Positions 17,124-26,492 of a stretch of 33,413 nt of DNA are shown one piece after another. A program made the translations under genes and the position numbers. The notes beneath the pieces are model-generated. The model was not told where the DNA came from. It made no database searches and was given only the letters and a program-made list of their open reading frames with translations. Every line of letters begins with the position of its first letter. Position 1 is the stretch's first letter. Source of the DNA: Candidatus Aenigmatarchaeota archaeon (GTDB lineage Archaea > Aenigmatarchaeota > Aenigmatarchaeia > CG10238-14 > SCSR01); contig JAWBNW010000003.1 in the NCBI GenBank assembly GCA_039000685.1, forward strand, positions 1 to 33,413. Reading direction: 5' to 3'.

Positions 17124-17285
17124 ATGTTCAAATGCTCAACTTGCAAGGTCAACATCTTGGCAAAAGAAAATTTTGTTAGGTTTAGTTGTCCTGCCTGTGG
17201 AAGAACTGAAATAGTTCGCTGCAAAACTTGCAAGGCTCTGAGCAATAAATATGTTTGTGAAAGCTGTGGCTTCGTGGGGCCTTGA
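17124..17285 (+). CDS. Zn-ribbon RNA-binding protein (DUF1610-like), 53 aa, missing from ORF track
   Basis: MFKCSTCKVNILAKENFVRFSCPACGRTEIVRCKTCKALSNKYVCESCGFVGP*. Four CxxC motifs and the usual position upstream of EF-1beta. Confidence 0.9.
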   Translation: MFKCSTCKVNILAKENFVRFSCPACGRTEIVRCKTCKALSNKYVCESCGFVGP

Positions 17286-17287
17286 AT

Positions 17288-17545
17288 ATGGCAGAAGTGA
17301 TAGTCGGCTTGAAGATTTTACCAAAAACAGTAGAAGTTGATCTCGACAAACTTGAGAAAAAGATAAGAGAAGCTATTTCTCCTGAGAAGCTCCAAAGAGA
17401 ACCTATAGCTTTTGGTTTGGTTGCTATTCATGCTGTCAAGCTCGTGCCAGATGCTGAAGGCCAAATAGACGAGCTTGAGAGAAAGCTGAAAGCGATAGAA
17501 GAAGTTGGGGAAGTTGAAATTACAGGAATAACAAGAAGCTTATAG
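17288..17545 (+). CDS. ef1b: Translation elongation factor 1-beta
   Basis: KILPKTVEVDLDKL, EPIAFGLVA, IEEVGEVEI. Confidence 0.93.
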   Translation: MAEVIVGLKILPKTVEVDLDKLEKKIREAISPEKLQREPIAFGLVAIHAVKLVPDAEGQIDELERKLKAIEEVGEVEITGITRSL

Positions 17546-17577
17546 ATTTTTATTCTCGCTTCCAAATAGATTTTAGT

Positions 17578-17814
17578 ATGGTTAGAATGATTCCTAAGAT
17601 TTACAAGAGGAAAAGATGGAAAATAGCTTTACTCTGGGTTTTGTCTTCTCTCTTCTTGCTCTTTGGCTCAATGATAGCAGGCCAGCTTCAAGTAAGCTAT
17701 GGAACGAATGAAGTAGCTCTTTGGATTGCCTTCTTCTTGGCTTTGATTTTCTTCTTGCTTGCAGGCTTGCTCTGGATTGCAATAGCAGTAGCTCTGAGAC
17801 AATACGAAGAATAA
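17578..17814 (+). CDS. Small two-TM membrane protein
   Basis: Basic N-terminus followed by two long hydrophobic helices. Confidence 0.7.
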   Translation: MVRMIPKIYKRKRWKIALLWVLSSLFLLFGSMIAGQLQVSYGTNEVALWIAFFLALIFFLLAGLLWIAIAVALRQYEE

Positions 17815-17847
17815 GCTTTTAATACTTTTCTGTCTATAACCAATATA

Positions 17848-18849
17848 ATGGCTGAAATAAAGATAAAAATACCAAAGATTCCGAAAGTTGATATCTGGCG
17901 AGTCTTAACAATTGTTTTTGCTACGATAATTTTGGCTCAACTGTTCGGCTTCTTCAATTTAACAGGTCTTTTTGCTTTGCCTTCTCCTTCAGGCCAACAA
18001 GTCGGTGAAAAAGTCATAAACTACATAAACCAGAATTTGGTTCAGCCTGGAACAAGCGCAAGCTTGGTTTCCGTGAACGATAAAGGAAGCTTTTATGAAG
18101 TTGTAACAAGCTACCAAGGCAATAGAATTTCTGTTTATGCTTCAAAGGACGGGAGCTATCTTTTCTTGCAAGGCTTTGATATGAGTCAACAGCTTCCAAG
18201 ACAAGAAGCTGAAGAAGAGCAACCACAACAACAAGTTCCAAAAACAGATAGACCAGAGGCAAGGGTTTTTGTGATGAGCTACTGTCCCTACGGTTTGCAA
18301 TTCTTGAAAGCTTACATCCCAGTAATCGAGCTTCTTGGCAATAAAGCTGATCTATATGTCAATTTTGTTGATTACATCATGCATGGAGAGAAAGAGATGA
18401 TAGAAAACACGAGAATGTACTGCATACAGAAAGAACAGAAAGACAAGTTTACAGCTTACTTGAGATGTTTTGTCCAAAGCGGAGATGCTGAAAAATGCGT
18501 CTCAGAAGCCAAGATAGATAAGACAAAGCTCGATGCTTGCATGGAGACTACAGATGAACGATTCAATCTCTCTAAATCGTTCAAGGAGAGCGGGGCAACT
18601 TATCCACCATACCCCCTTGATTCAAGTCTTAATGATAGATATGATGTGAGAGGCTCACCAACTTTTGTTGTGAATGGTGTGACGGTAAGCGTGAACAGAG
18701 CTGCAGAATCGATCAAGCAAGCAATATGTTCAGCTTTCAAAACTCCGCCAGCCGAGTGTTCTCAAAAACTCAGCTCAACAACAGAATCTCCTGGCATCGG
18801 AGCAATAGGTTCAGGAAGCGGTGCGAGCTCTTCTGGTGGTTGTGCTTAG
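17848..18849 (+). CDS. Membrane-anchored thioredoxin-fold (DsbA/DsbC-like) protein
   Basis: TM anchor, DsbC-like YASKDGSYLF, FVMSYCPYG and the cis-Pro loop GSPTFVVNG. Confidence 0.75.
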   Translation: MAEIKIKIPKIPKVDIWRVLTIVFATIILAQLFGFFNLTGLFALPSPSGQQVGEKVINYINQNLVQPGTSASLVSVNDKGSFYEVVTSYQGNRISVYASKDGSYLFLQGFDMSQQLPRQEAEEEQPQQQVPKTDRPEARVFVMSYCPYGLQFLKAYIPVIELLGNKADLYVNFVDYIMHGEKEMIENTRMYCIQKEQKDKFTAYLRCFVQSGDAEKCVSEAKIDKTKLDACMETTDERFNLSKSFKESGATYPPYPLDSSLNDRYDVRGSPTFVVNGVTVSVNRAAESIKQAICSAFKTPPAECSQKLSSTTESPGIGAIGSGSGASSSGGCA

Positions 18850-19412
18850 AAAAGGCCACCAACAAAAAGCTTATGTCTATCTTTTTCTTCCAACTCGCTT
18901 ATTATTCTTCTGACTATCATCTTCTTCGGATCAGGCAGCATCTCAACCCTTTCCTGCAAGTCTTGAAAACTCTTGAAAGGCTCAGCTTTCCTCTTGGAAA
19001 GAATCTCCCACAGATGCTTCTTCCCAATTCCTGGCAAAAGCTCTAAGGTGTGGGAGCGTGTGGTCAAGGGCATAGCCTTGTTGAAAAAATTTACAAACCT
19101 GGCTTCATTGCTTGTCACCAAATTCTGAATCACGTTCTCAAGCTCACTCTTGGCAAAATTCGTGAGATCGGAATATTTTATTCTCCCCCTTATGTACTTG
19201 ACGACATCCCACTTCCCCTCACCAATATAAACTCTATCTCCAGTCTTAACTGTTTTCCCTTCCTTTATCACAATCTCAAGCAAAGTGAAAAGTCTGTCGC
19301 CAACAGCTTGAGCTACAGGCTCAGCTTTCCTATCTCCAGGCTTGCCGTGTGGGAAGAAATCCAGTATTATTGCAAAATCATCTTTCACCATTTTCATCAC
19401 CCAAGAAATCAA
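18846..19412 (-). CDS. DUF655 OB-fold/HhH RNA-binding protein
   Basis: ILDFFPHG, FTLLE, LELLPGIGKK. Conserved position after rpo4. Confidence 0.9.
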   Translation of the reverse strand: MISWVMKMVKDDFAIILDFFPHGKPGDRKAEPVAQAVGDRLFTLLEIVIKEGKTVKTGDRVYIGEGKWDVVKYIRGRIKYSDLTNFAKSELENVIQNLVTSNEARFVNFFNKAMPLTTRSHTLELLPGIGKKHLWEILSKRKAEPFKSFQDLQERVEMLPDPKKMIVRRIISELEEKDRHKLFVGGLF

Positions 19413-19735
19413 ACGATTTTCTTCACGATTTCAAGGATTTTTTCAATCTCTTCTTGAGTGAATGCTGCATATTCTTTATGAAGAATGGCTCTAAGATCGT
19501 CTTTATCTTCAGGTAAAAAATTAGCGATAGCAACAATCTGCTTTTCTCTCAATCTTTCAATCGATCTAAGCTCTTCAACGAGCTTCCTTATCTTCTCAGG
19601 TTCCACTTTAACAAACTTTCTGAGCAAGGCCAAAGTCATCTTTTGCTCATACTTCAGTTCACCTTCCTTCTCTCTGCTCTCCAAAATCTCTTTTGCTTCA
19701 ACGTCGGGAATCTCCCTTTCTGATATCACGTTCAC
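19409..19735 (-). CDS. rpo4: RNA polymerase subunit Rpo4 (F)
   Basis: ELKYEQK, IANFLPEDKDDLRAIL. Synteny with rpl21e. Confidence 0.9.
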   Translation of the reverse strand: MNVISEREIPDVEAKEILESREKEGELKYEQKMTLALLRKFVKVEPEKIRKLVEELRSIERLREKQIVAIANFLPEDKDDLRAILHKEYAAFTQEEIEKILEIVKKIV

Positions 19736-20016
19736 TTCATCACCTTCAGATGCTCAGGTCTCGAAATAAGCCTTTTCACCTTATTTCCATCTGTTATCTC
19801 AACAATATAACTTTTTCCCCTCTTGCCTATTATCTCTCCTACCCTACCTTTATACCTGGAATGAGGCATGCCTTTTTGGGAAGAAGGCTCTTGCTCTATC
19901 ACCACTTTTTGACCTATATTAAACTCTTGCAAAAACTTTGTTATGACAGGCCTGTAGCCCGGTTTTTGCCTTAAGGCTTGTCTTGTCTTTGTCCTAAAGC
20001 CGCGAGACTTTTTCAT
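19732..20016 (-). CDS. rpl21e: 50S ribosomal protein eL21
   Basis: SRGFRTKTR, GMPHSRYKGRVG, RPEHLK. Confidence 0.96.
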   Translation of the reverse strand: MKKSRGFRTKTRQALRQKPGYRPVITKFLQEFNIGQKVVIEQEPSSQKGMPHSRYKGRVGEIIGKRGKSYIVEITDGNKVKRLISRPEHLKVMK

Positions 20017-20020
20017 CTTC

Positions 20021-21295
20021 TCACCTATGAATTTTTATGACATCTAACTTTATTTTTTTTGGTTTATTAGATATTAATTCTGATATGTTTGGGTTTGTCC
20101 TGCCTTCATCACCAGAAATAAGCTCTTTTATATATAAGCCAGATTGGGCTCTAATCTTGAACAGACACTTTTTCTTGCCCAAAATTTTCCAGGAAATCTT
20201 TTTTACAATTCTTTTTCTGGCTTTATCAGCTCTTCTGTGAATCACCCTTAAGGGAGTTTTTTGCAAAATTGCTTGGCCTTCAAGCTTCTTCAATTCTTTC
20301 AATTTCTTCTTGTCAATTTCTTCTTCAAACTCAACTTCAGCAAGATAAGTCTTATCAGACTTTTCACTCTTGAGCTTGACCACAAAACTTTTGTCAACAA
20401 GCTTCAAGAGCTTAACTTTGACTTTTTTCGATTTGTTTATTTCTTTTTCCATTTTTCTCAAATCAATCTTTCTTTTTACCGGTTTCACAAGCTCGGTCAC
20501 AAAAGGTCTGTAATCTAAGCATCTCGCATCTATATCTTCGCGACCAGAAGCATGGAAAGCAGATTTTTTTGCTTTTGTAGCTTTGAGCAAAGGCTTTTCA
20601 ATTATTTCTTGAACAGAAGTGGGATAAAGCTTTCCGCTACCTTTGCATTCCATGCAGCCTTTGCCTTTGCACTTTGAACAAACCCATTTTGATTGCGGTA
20701 TGTTTCTAACAAGCTTCTTGTACTTTCCATAAACAAACAAGCTTCTTATCTCTTTCTTGATCTTGCCTGTCTTCAAGTTGACTATTATTGTGACATCAGG
20801 ACTTTCAAGAGAAAAATTCTTGCCAGTTAGCTTTTCAACTCTCTTGCCAAGTTCTCTATTTAGCTCAGACTTAATCGGTTCGACAAACTCTATCCCAATT
20901 TTTTCATACAGCTTCTCTTCTTCATTCATCATTTCGTCGGTTGGTATAGAACCAATCAGAAAGCTTCTGAACTCTATCCCCCTAAGCTCTTTCACAATTC
21001 TCTTAGCAATTTCATCTATTTCTTCAAGAAAAAAATTTTGACAAATTTTGCATTTCTCAGGCTTTCTTGCTTCGAGCTTGATGTTCCTGAATTTTATTCC
21101 ATGAAAATTGCTTGCATCAACTTCAATTTTTTCTCCAGAATCAAGCAAGAAAGCAACAAAAAGCCTCAAGATTTTACCCCTTTCCTTGTTAGAAAAACCA
21201 CTGAGCAATTCTGAACAAATTCTACCCAAACAAGAATCACAAATATAGCCTCCTTTGAGAGCTTCTATTATCTTTTCTTCTAGCTTCATATTCAT
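20021..21295 (-). CDS. pus10: tRNA pseudouridine(54/55) synthase Pus10
   Basis: CDSCLGR, YKKLVRNIPQ, FHASGREDID, QKTPLRV, GLYIKELISGDEGRT. Confidence 0.95.
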   Translation of the reverse strand: MNMKLEEKIIEALKGGYICDSCLGRICSELLSGFSNKERGKILRLFVAFLLDSGEKIEVDASNFHGIKFRNIKLEARKPEKCKICQNFFLEEIDEIAKRIVKELRGIEFRSFLIGSIPTDEMMNEEEKLYEKIGIEFVEPIKSELNRELGKRVEKLTGKNFSLESPDVTIIVNLKTGKIKKEIRSLFVYGKYKKLVRNIPQSKWVCSKCKGKGCMECKGSGKLYPTSVQEIIEKPLLKATKAKKSAFHASGREDIDARCLDYRPFVTELVKPVKRKIDLRKMEKEINKSKKVKVKLLKLVDKSFVVKLKSEKSDKTYLAEVEFEEEIDKKKLKELKKLEGQAILQKTPLRVIHRRADKARKRIVKKISWKILGKKKCLFKIRAQSGLYIKELISGDEGRTNPNISELISNKPKKIKLDVIKIHR

Positions 21296-21332
21296 CCTCT
21301 TTTCCAGAATTGAGATTTTTAATTAATAAATT

Positions 21333-21389
21333 CTATTCCCAGCAACAACCTTTCTTTCTTTTCAAAAGATTTTTCAATTTCTCTATCAT
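21333..21389 (-). CDS. Candidate 18-aa Cys-Cys micropeptide
   Basis: MIEKLKNLLKRKKGCCWE*, starting 2 nt after the upstream stop codon. Confidence 0.35.
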   Translation of the reverse strand: MIEKLKNLLKRKKGCCWE

Positions 21390-21391
21390 AT

Positions 21392-21910
21392 CTATTCCTT
21401 GCAACAGTCCACGATTTTCTGGACTATAGCACCAAGCTTGGAGAATACACTACTCTCTTTGTCATGAACATTCAACTGCTCATCTCCAACCTTCTTTATA
21501 TCTCCAATCTTCACAACATTCAAGTTTATCCCCCAGAAAAGTGAATAAAGTTGATAAGCTTTGGAGAAAAGTTCTTCTGCTTCTTTTTTGTTTCCTTTGT
21601 TTAGTTCTTTTGTTCCAACTTCAATCAACCTCATGCAAGCTGCCAGCAAATGCTTCGAGATACACCAAGTTTCACCTTCAGTTTTCTTCACAAGTTTTCT
21701 CATCAATTCCTTTCTCATCTCTCTTATCTCATTCAACAAATCAAAATATTTTGTTTTTTTGGTTTTTGCGCCAGTGAAGAAAAAATGTTCCTCCAAGCTC
21801 ACGAGATTCATCACAGCCACGCTAAGATCTTCATCAGAAGATAGATCAATTTTTCCCTCTTGAGCTACCTTTTTCACCTTTTCCAACAATTTTTTTATCT
21901 TCTCTTCCAC
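21392..21910 (-). CDS. Conserved-looking helical hypothetical protein with WCxxKH and terminal CCxE
   Basis: GTG start, EDLSVAVMNLVSLEEH, WCISKHLL, VDCCKE. Confidence 0.8.
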   Translation of the reverse strand: MEEKIKKLLEKVKKVAQEGKIDLSSDEDLSVAVMNLVSLEEHFFFTGAKTKKTKYFDLLNEIREMRKELMRKLVKKTEGETWCISKHLLAACMRLIEVGTKELNKGNKKEAEELFSKAYQLYSLFWGINLNVVKIGDIKKVGDEQLNVHDKESSVFSKLGAIVQKIVDCCKE

Positions 21911-21911
21911 A

Positions 21912-22418
21912 TCAACACCTTGTTATCAAATAGAAAATTAAGCTCATTATTAATAAAAATATCAAAGGTATTACAACTTTTTGGAATGGGAACAAGGCCT
22001 TGCCTTTATTCCTTTTCTTCATTTCTTCATTAACAACCAAGCTAAACTGAAAGGCAATAGTGCCTGCGATAATTCCAATCAAAAGCTTGTCTATTCCAAA
22101 AAGCTTGCTGCAAGAGGGGTAACCTATTGCTTTCATCCAATAGAGAGATAGAAGTGAAGTAGAATAAATAATCGAGATTACCAAAAGTTTCATGAATTTA
22201 AACTTGAACTTCTTTTCTAACCAGTTTGCAAGCCAAACAGAAGTCGAAAGCAGCAAGCCACCTATCCAAATTCCTGTTATGCTATCATCTATACCCAACC
22301 ATCTAGAGAGCTCAAGACCACCAGCAACAGCTATCACACAAACAGGGCAGGTTGCCATAGCTTCAGAACAAACCATCAATAAAAAAATAATTGTGAAGGA
22401 AAACAGTTTAAATTTCAT
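21912..22418 (-). CDS. Multi-TM membrane protein with CPVC motif
   Basis: Signal-like N-terminus, ATCPVC, GIDD..TGIWIGG and about 4 further TM segments. ATGA overlap with the upstream gene. Confidence 0.8.
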   Translation of the reverse strand: MKFKLFSFTIIFLLMVCSEAMATCPVCVIAVAGGLELSRWLGIDDSITGIWIGGLLLSTSVWLANWLEKKFKFKFMKLLVISIIYSTSLLSLYWMKAIGYPSCSKLFGIDKLLIGIIAGTIAFQFSLVVNEEMKKRNKGKALFPFQKVVIPLIFLLIMSLIFYLITRC

Positions 22419-22846
22419 GCTTTCACTCCTGTGCAATTTTCATAAAATTCTTTCAGCTCTTCTTTTCCCATCTCACCCACATAAGTTTTATTGTCTTTCA
22501 AACAAAGCTTCACAGGCACCATAAACCCCGTCTCATTCGGGATGTTTGAATTTTTATGGTAGATCAAATAGTCAGAGTATTGGTTTATGATATCTTTACA
22601 AGCATCACTGTTTCCATCGATCATGTAAAATTCTTCGGTAAGATTCAAGGCTTTGATTTTTGAAAGTTCTGATTTACAGTGAGGGCAGCCAAGAGAATAG
22701 ACAAAAAGCATGCTGAAGCCTTCCAAGCTCTTACCACAATCATTCCTGTAATCTTTTGGAACAAAGAAGAAATAGCTAATGGCAGCGATTGCCAAGACTA
22801 TCACAACCGGAACTAAAACCCAACGTTTAATTTTCATCTTCATCAC
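22415..22846 (-). CDS. Membrane-anchored thioredoxin/glutaredoxin-like protein
   Basis: N-terminal TM, YSLGCPHC and the cis-Pro-like FMVP. Confidence 0.8.
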   Translation of the reverse strand: MMKMKIKRWVLVPVVIVLAIAAISYFFFVPKDYRNDCGKSLEGFSMLFVYSLGCPHCKSELSKIKALNLTEEFYMIDGNSDACKDIINQYSDYLIYHKNSNIPNETGFMVPVKLCLKDNKTYVGEMGKEELKEFYENCTGVKA

Positions 22847-22876
22847 TAAGTATTATTGATTTTTAAAGAATTAAGA

Positions 22877-23470
22877 TTATAAACCTTTTCTATCCAGTTC
22901 ATTGTGGCAGATTATTATGACATGGGACGCAAGGTAAGTCAGCTTCCCAACAGAAATCCTTTCAGCACCAATTCTGTCCAAAAATCTTTCAGTGTTTTTT
23001 GGCAAGCCTTTGTGGTCTCCTAAGACAAAGCAAACATTTCTCTCGAATTCAAATTCTCTTATGTCTCTTCCTTCAGGATGAAGATAGATAAGCTGAGTTT
23101 CCTTAGCCTTTTCTCTCACAAGCTCCTCAAAACTTCTCTTACTAATTTTTATTCCATCACCAACTCTTCTCTCTTCATTTTTCTCCAAATTTAATCCCAG
23201 CTTCACAGCTTTGTTTATCCAAGCTCCTATATTTCTTTCATCTGGAGTAACGCGTTTTAAGTCTTCTCCAAAGAAACTTATAAGCTTTGGTGGTTTGGTA
23301 GGGCCTTCTAAAACAGCGTGAAAACAAACATCTTTTCTTATAGCTTCTGAAATGAAAAAAGCATTGGAGATGCAGCGACAAACCAAATCAATTCTTCCAG
23401 AGCCGGCTAAATCATTCAAATTGAAAGGCGTGGTGAAGGCTTTGGATGCTTTGAGAATAAACTCCCTCAT
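22877..23470 (-). CDS. trmY: tRNA (pseudouridine54-N1)-methyltransferase
   Basis: DLAGSGRIDLVCRC, PDER, FVLGDHKGL, HNELDR. Confidence 0.95.
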   Translation of the reverse strand: MREFILKASKAFTTPFNLNDLAGSGRIDLVCRCISNAFFISEAIRKDVCFHAVLEGPTKPPKLISFFGEDLKRVTPDERNIGAWINKAVKLGLNLEKNEERRVGDGIKISKRSFEELVREKAKETQLIYLHPEGRDIREFEFERNVCFVLGDHKGLPKNTERFLDRIGAERISVGKLTYLASHVIIICHNELDRKGL

Positions 23471-24795
23471 AGCCTGAGCCCAAATTGTTTCATCAGCTTT
23501 CCCAAAGCCCCTCTCTCAAGGCCAGCCTTACCACCGAGCATTTTCATGAGCTTCTTCATCTGTTCGTATTGTTGCAAAAGCTCTCTAACTTCACTTTCTT
23601 GTCTTCCGCTCCCCTTAGCAATTCTCCTTATTCTAGAAGCATTTATTATTTCTGGATTTTCCCTTTCTTCTTTTGTCATGGATTGGATTATATGCTTGTA
23701 GTGTTTCATCTTCTCTTCTTGTTTTTCCAAAACATCTTCAGGAACTTTCATCCCCAAGCCGGGAATCATACTAACAACTTTACCAAGAGGACCCATCTTG
23801 CCCATAGCTTCTATCTGTTCCATAAAATCTTGCAAAGTGAATTTTCCTTCAACAATTTTCTCAACTTTCTCGGGCTTTATCTCGGCTTCTTTAGCTTTTT
23901 CGAGCAAAGTTTGCAAGTCACCCAGACCTAACAAACGAGAAACAAACCTCTGAGGATCATAAACTTCAAAATCTTCTACATGCTCACCAGTACCCAAAAA
24001 TTTGACTTTTGCTTTTGTCGCCGAGCAAGCTGCTAGAGCACCACCAGCCTTAGCAGTCCCATCCATTTTGGTTATGAAAACCCCTGTTATCCCAACAAGC
24101 TTGTGGAATTCTTCAGATTGCTTCTTTGCAACTTTTCCTAAATCGGCAGGTATTGTTAACAAAACTTCGTCCGGCTTTATAATTTCTCCCAATTTTTTAA
24201 GCTCATCAGCAAGCTCTTTGTCCAAAGCATTTCTTCCAGCAGTGTCAAAAATTATCACATCATATTTTTCAAATTTCTTCATCCCTTCTAAAGCAGTTTC
24301 ATAAGGATTTTTATTAGGGTGAATATAAACAGGAACTTTTATTTGATCACCAAGCTGCTTCAATTGCTCGGGTGCAGCTGGCCTGTGATAATCTAAAGCA
24401 ACCAAAGCTGGCCTAAGGCCTTGTTTCTGGAAATAGCGTGCAAGTTTTGCTATTGAAGTTGTTTTACCCGAGCCGTATAAGCCAACAAACATTATCTTTT
24501 TCTTTCCTACCAAGCTGACAGACTTTTCACCAAGCAGCTTAACAAGCTCATCGTAAATTGTTTTCAAAACATGCTCACGCAAAGTCAAGCCAGCAGGAAT
24601 TTTCTCTTCCAAGCATTTTTTTCTTATGTTTTTAATTAGCTCTTCGGTGAGCTCAATGCTAACATCGGCTTGCAATAAAGTTATTTTTAAATCTTGTAGC
24701 AATTCTTCTACTGCTTTCTTATCTATAGATGTAGAAGAAACCAAATTTTTTATAATGTTGGCCAAACCTTTACTTAAACTTTCAAACATAATCAT
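23467..24795 (-). CDS. srp54: Signal recognition particle protein SRP54
   Basis: GLYGSGKTTS, DTAGR, TKMDGTAKAGG and M-domain RRIAKGSG. Confidence 0.97.
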   Translation of the reverse strand: MIMFESLSKGLANIIKNLVSSTSIDKKAVEELLQDLKITLLQADVSIELTEELIKNIRKKCLEEKIPAGLTLREHVLKTIYDELVKLLGEKSVSLVGKKKIMFVGLYGSGKTTSIAKLARYFQKQGLRPALVALDYHRPAAPEQLKQLGDQIKVPVYIHPNKNPYETALEGMKKFEKYDVIIFDTAGRNALDKELADELKKLGEIIKPDEVLLTIPADLGKVAKKQSEEFHKLVGITGVFITKMDGTAKAGGALAACSATKAKVKFLGTGEHVEDFEVYDPQRFVSRLLGLGDLQTLLEKAKEAEIKPEKVEKIVEGKFTLQDFMEQIEAMGKMGPLGKVVSMIPGLGMKVPEDVLEKQEEKMKHYKHIIQSMTKEERENPEIINASRIRRIAKGSGRQESEVRELLQQYEQMKKLMKMLGGKAGLERGALGKLMKQFGLRL

Positions 24796-24824
24796 AATTT
24801 GGAGTATATTATTTAAAGTTTAAT

Positions 24825-25505
24825 TTGGAGAGAATTTTTATGGAATTAGAAAAATCAATTTTAAAATTAATCGATCACGGAGCAATGAACTTGGTAGAGT
24901 TAATATCAGATTTAAATGGAGAAGATCCATTTGTGGTAGGAAATTATATATTGATAAGATTGGGAAAAAGGGCACATGTGGAGGAGTGGTTAGACACACT
25001 TTATAAGGGAAAAATTAAAGAAAACATTTTTAAAAAATATTTAGAAATAACAAAACTAACTCTTGGAATGAAGAAAATGGGGGCTCTAGAAATTGCAAGT
25101 TTTAATGAACACCCAGAATTATCTCCCCACACAACATTCTTGTATAAAGATTATGAACAATTACTTGAAAGATTGAAAGAAGAAAACAAAAGAAAAAAGG
25201 CAATTAGTGAAAGCGTGGTGAATATCGCAAGAAGATTTGTCGATGAAATAAAGAATAGGTGTGAAATAAAAGAGAGTTTTATAAGAGGCTCTTTCTCCAA
25301 TTCTAAACCATTCATTTATTATGGAGATGAAAACAAGTTGAAAGCACTCTCAGACATAGATATAGACATTCGAATCGACCCAATAGGAAAAAATCCTTTA
25401 ACAAGAGACATAGAAAGAAAAATTTTTTCTCAGTATGAAGTTGTTATAAATCCTGTATTCAACAAAAAAGAAGAACTGCCCCCATATTTTATCAGGATAT
25501 CTTAA
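24825..25505 (+). CDS. Hypothetical protein with C-terminal minimal nucleotidyltransferase domain
   Basis: FIRGSFS...SDIDIDI matches the Pol-beta-type GS...DxD motif. Start uncertain (TTG 24825 or ATG 24840). Confidence 0.65.
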   Translation: MERIFMELEKSILKLIDHGAMNLVELISDLNGEDPFVVGNYILIRLGKRAHVEEWLDTLYKGKIKENIFKKYLEITKLTLGMKKMGALEIASFNEHPELSPHTTFLYKDYEQLLERLKEENKRKKAISESVVNIARRFVDEIKNRCEIKESFIRGSFSNSKPFIYYGDENKLKALSDIDIDIRIDPIGKNPLTRDIERKIFSQYEVVINPVFNKKEELPPYFIRIS

Positions 25506-26492
25506 TCATTCGATTATTCTTTCGACAAATTTTTCTGGGGTGAAAATCTCAATTTCTTTATATTCTTGTCCACAGCTCAAAAACAATATCGGTTTTTTAA
25601 GCTCATGAGTAACGGATAAAACTGCTCCCCCCTTTTCATTCACATCAACTTTTGTGAAAATCACTGCATCAATTCCAACTTCATTGAAAAGTCTTGCTTG
25701 TATCACAGCATCATTTCCTGTCAAAGAATCCACAACCAAAACTTTCAAATCAGGCTTAGCAACTTTTACAATTTTGTTCATCTGCTCCATTAAATTTTTA
25801 TTGGTATGAGCTCTGCCGGCGGTATCGATCAAAACAAAATCTATACCATTGGCTTTAGCATGAGCAATTGCATCAAATGCAACAGCAGCAGGATCTGCCC
25901 CATACTTATGCTTAATTACCCTTATTCCAAGCTTCTTAGCATGTTCTTCAAGTTGCTCAATAGAAGCAGCTCTGAAAGTGTCAGAAGCTGCGAACACACA
26001 ACTATAGCCGCCATCAACAAGCCATTTACCAAGCTTTGCTAGTGAGCTTGTTTTTCCACTGCCATTAAAACCCAAAAATAAAATCACAAAAGGCTTTTTG
26101 TTTTCAACCATTTTCTTTAGGTCAATTTCTGGTATAGAGAGAATATCAAGCAAGCTTTGTCTCAAAGCTTCAACAACAACTTCTTTTTCTTTGCCTCTTT
26201 TTATAGGCTTTCCAACAAGACTTTTCTTCAAATCTTCTTTTATTTTCTCAGCAACTTCATAGGCTACATCAGCTTCTATCAAATCTGTTGCAAGTTCATT
26301 TAAGATTGGTTCAACATCCTCTTCACTCAACTGTTTTTCTGCAATGGCTTTAACAACTTTTTCTTTAATCTTTTTGAAAATTTTTTCAGGCTTTTTTTCT
26401 TCAACTTCTTTCGGCTTTTCTTCCTTTTTTTCAATTTTTTCAGAAATAGACTTTATAGCTTTTTTCAGTTTATTCTTCAAAATTTCAAACAT
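25506..26492 (-). CDS. ftsY: SRP receptor FtsY
   Basis: GFNGSGKTSS, DTFRAA, DTAGR, TKVDVNEKGG. Confidence 0.96.
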   Translation of the reverse strand: MFEILKNKLKKAIKSISEKIEKKEEKPKEVEEKKPEKIFKKIKEKVVKAIAEKQLSEEDVEPILNELATDLIEADVAYEVAEKIKEDLKKSLVGKPIKRGKEKEVVVEALRQSLLDILSIPEIDLKKMVENKKPFVILFLGFNGSGKTSSLAKLGKWLVDGGYSCVFAASDTFRAASIEQLEEHAKKLGIRVIKHKYGADPAAVAFDAIAHAKANGIDFVLIDTAGRAHTNKNLMEQMNKIVKVAKPDLKVLVVDSLTGNDAVIQARLFNEVGIDAVIFTKVDVNEKGGAVLSVTHELKKPILFLSCGQEYKEIEIFTPEKFVERIIE

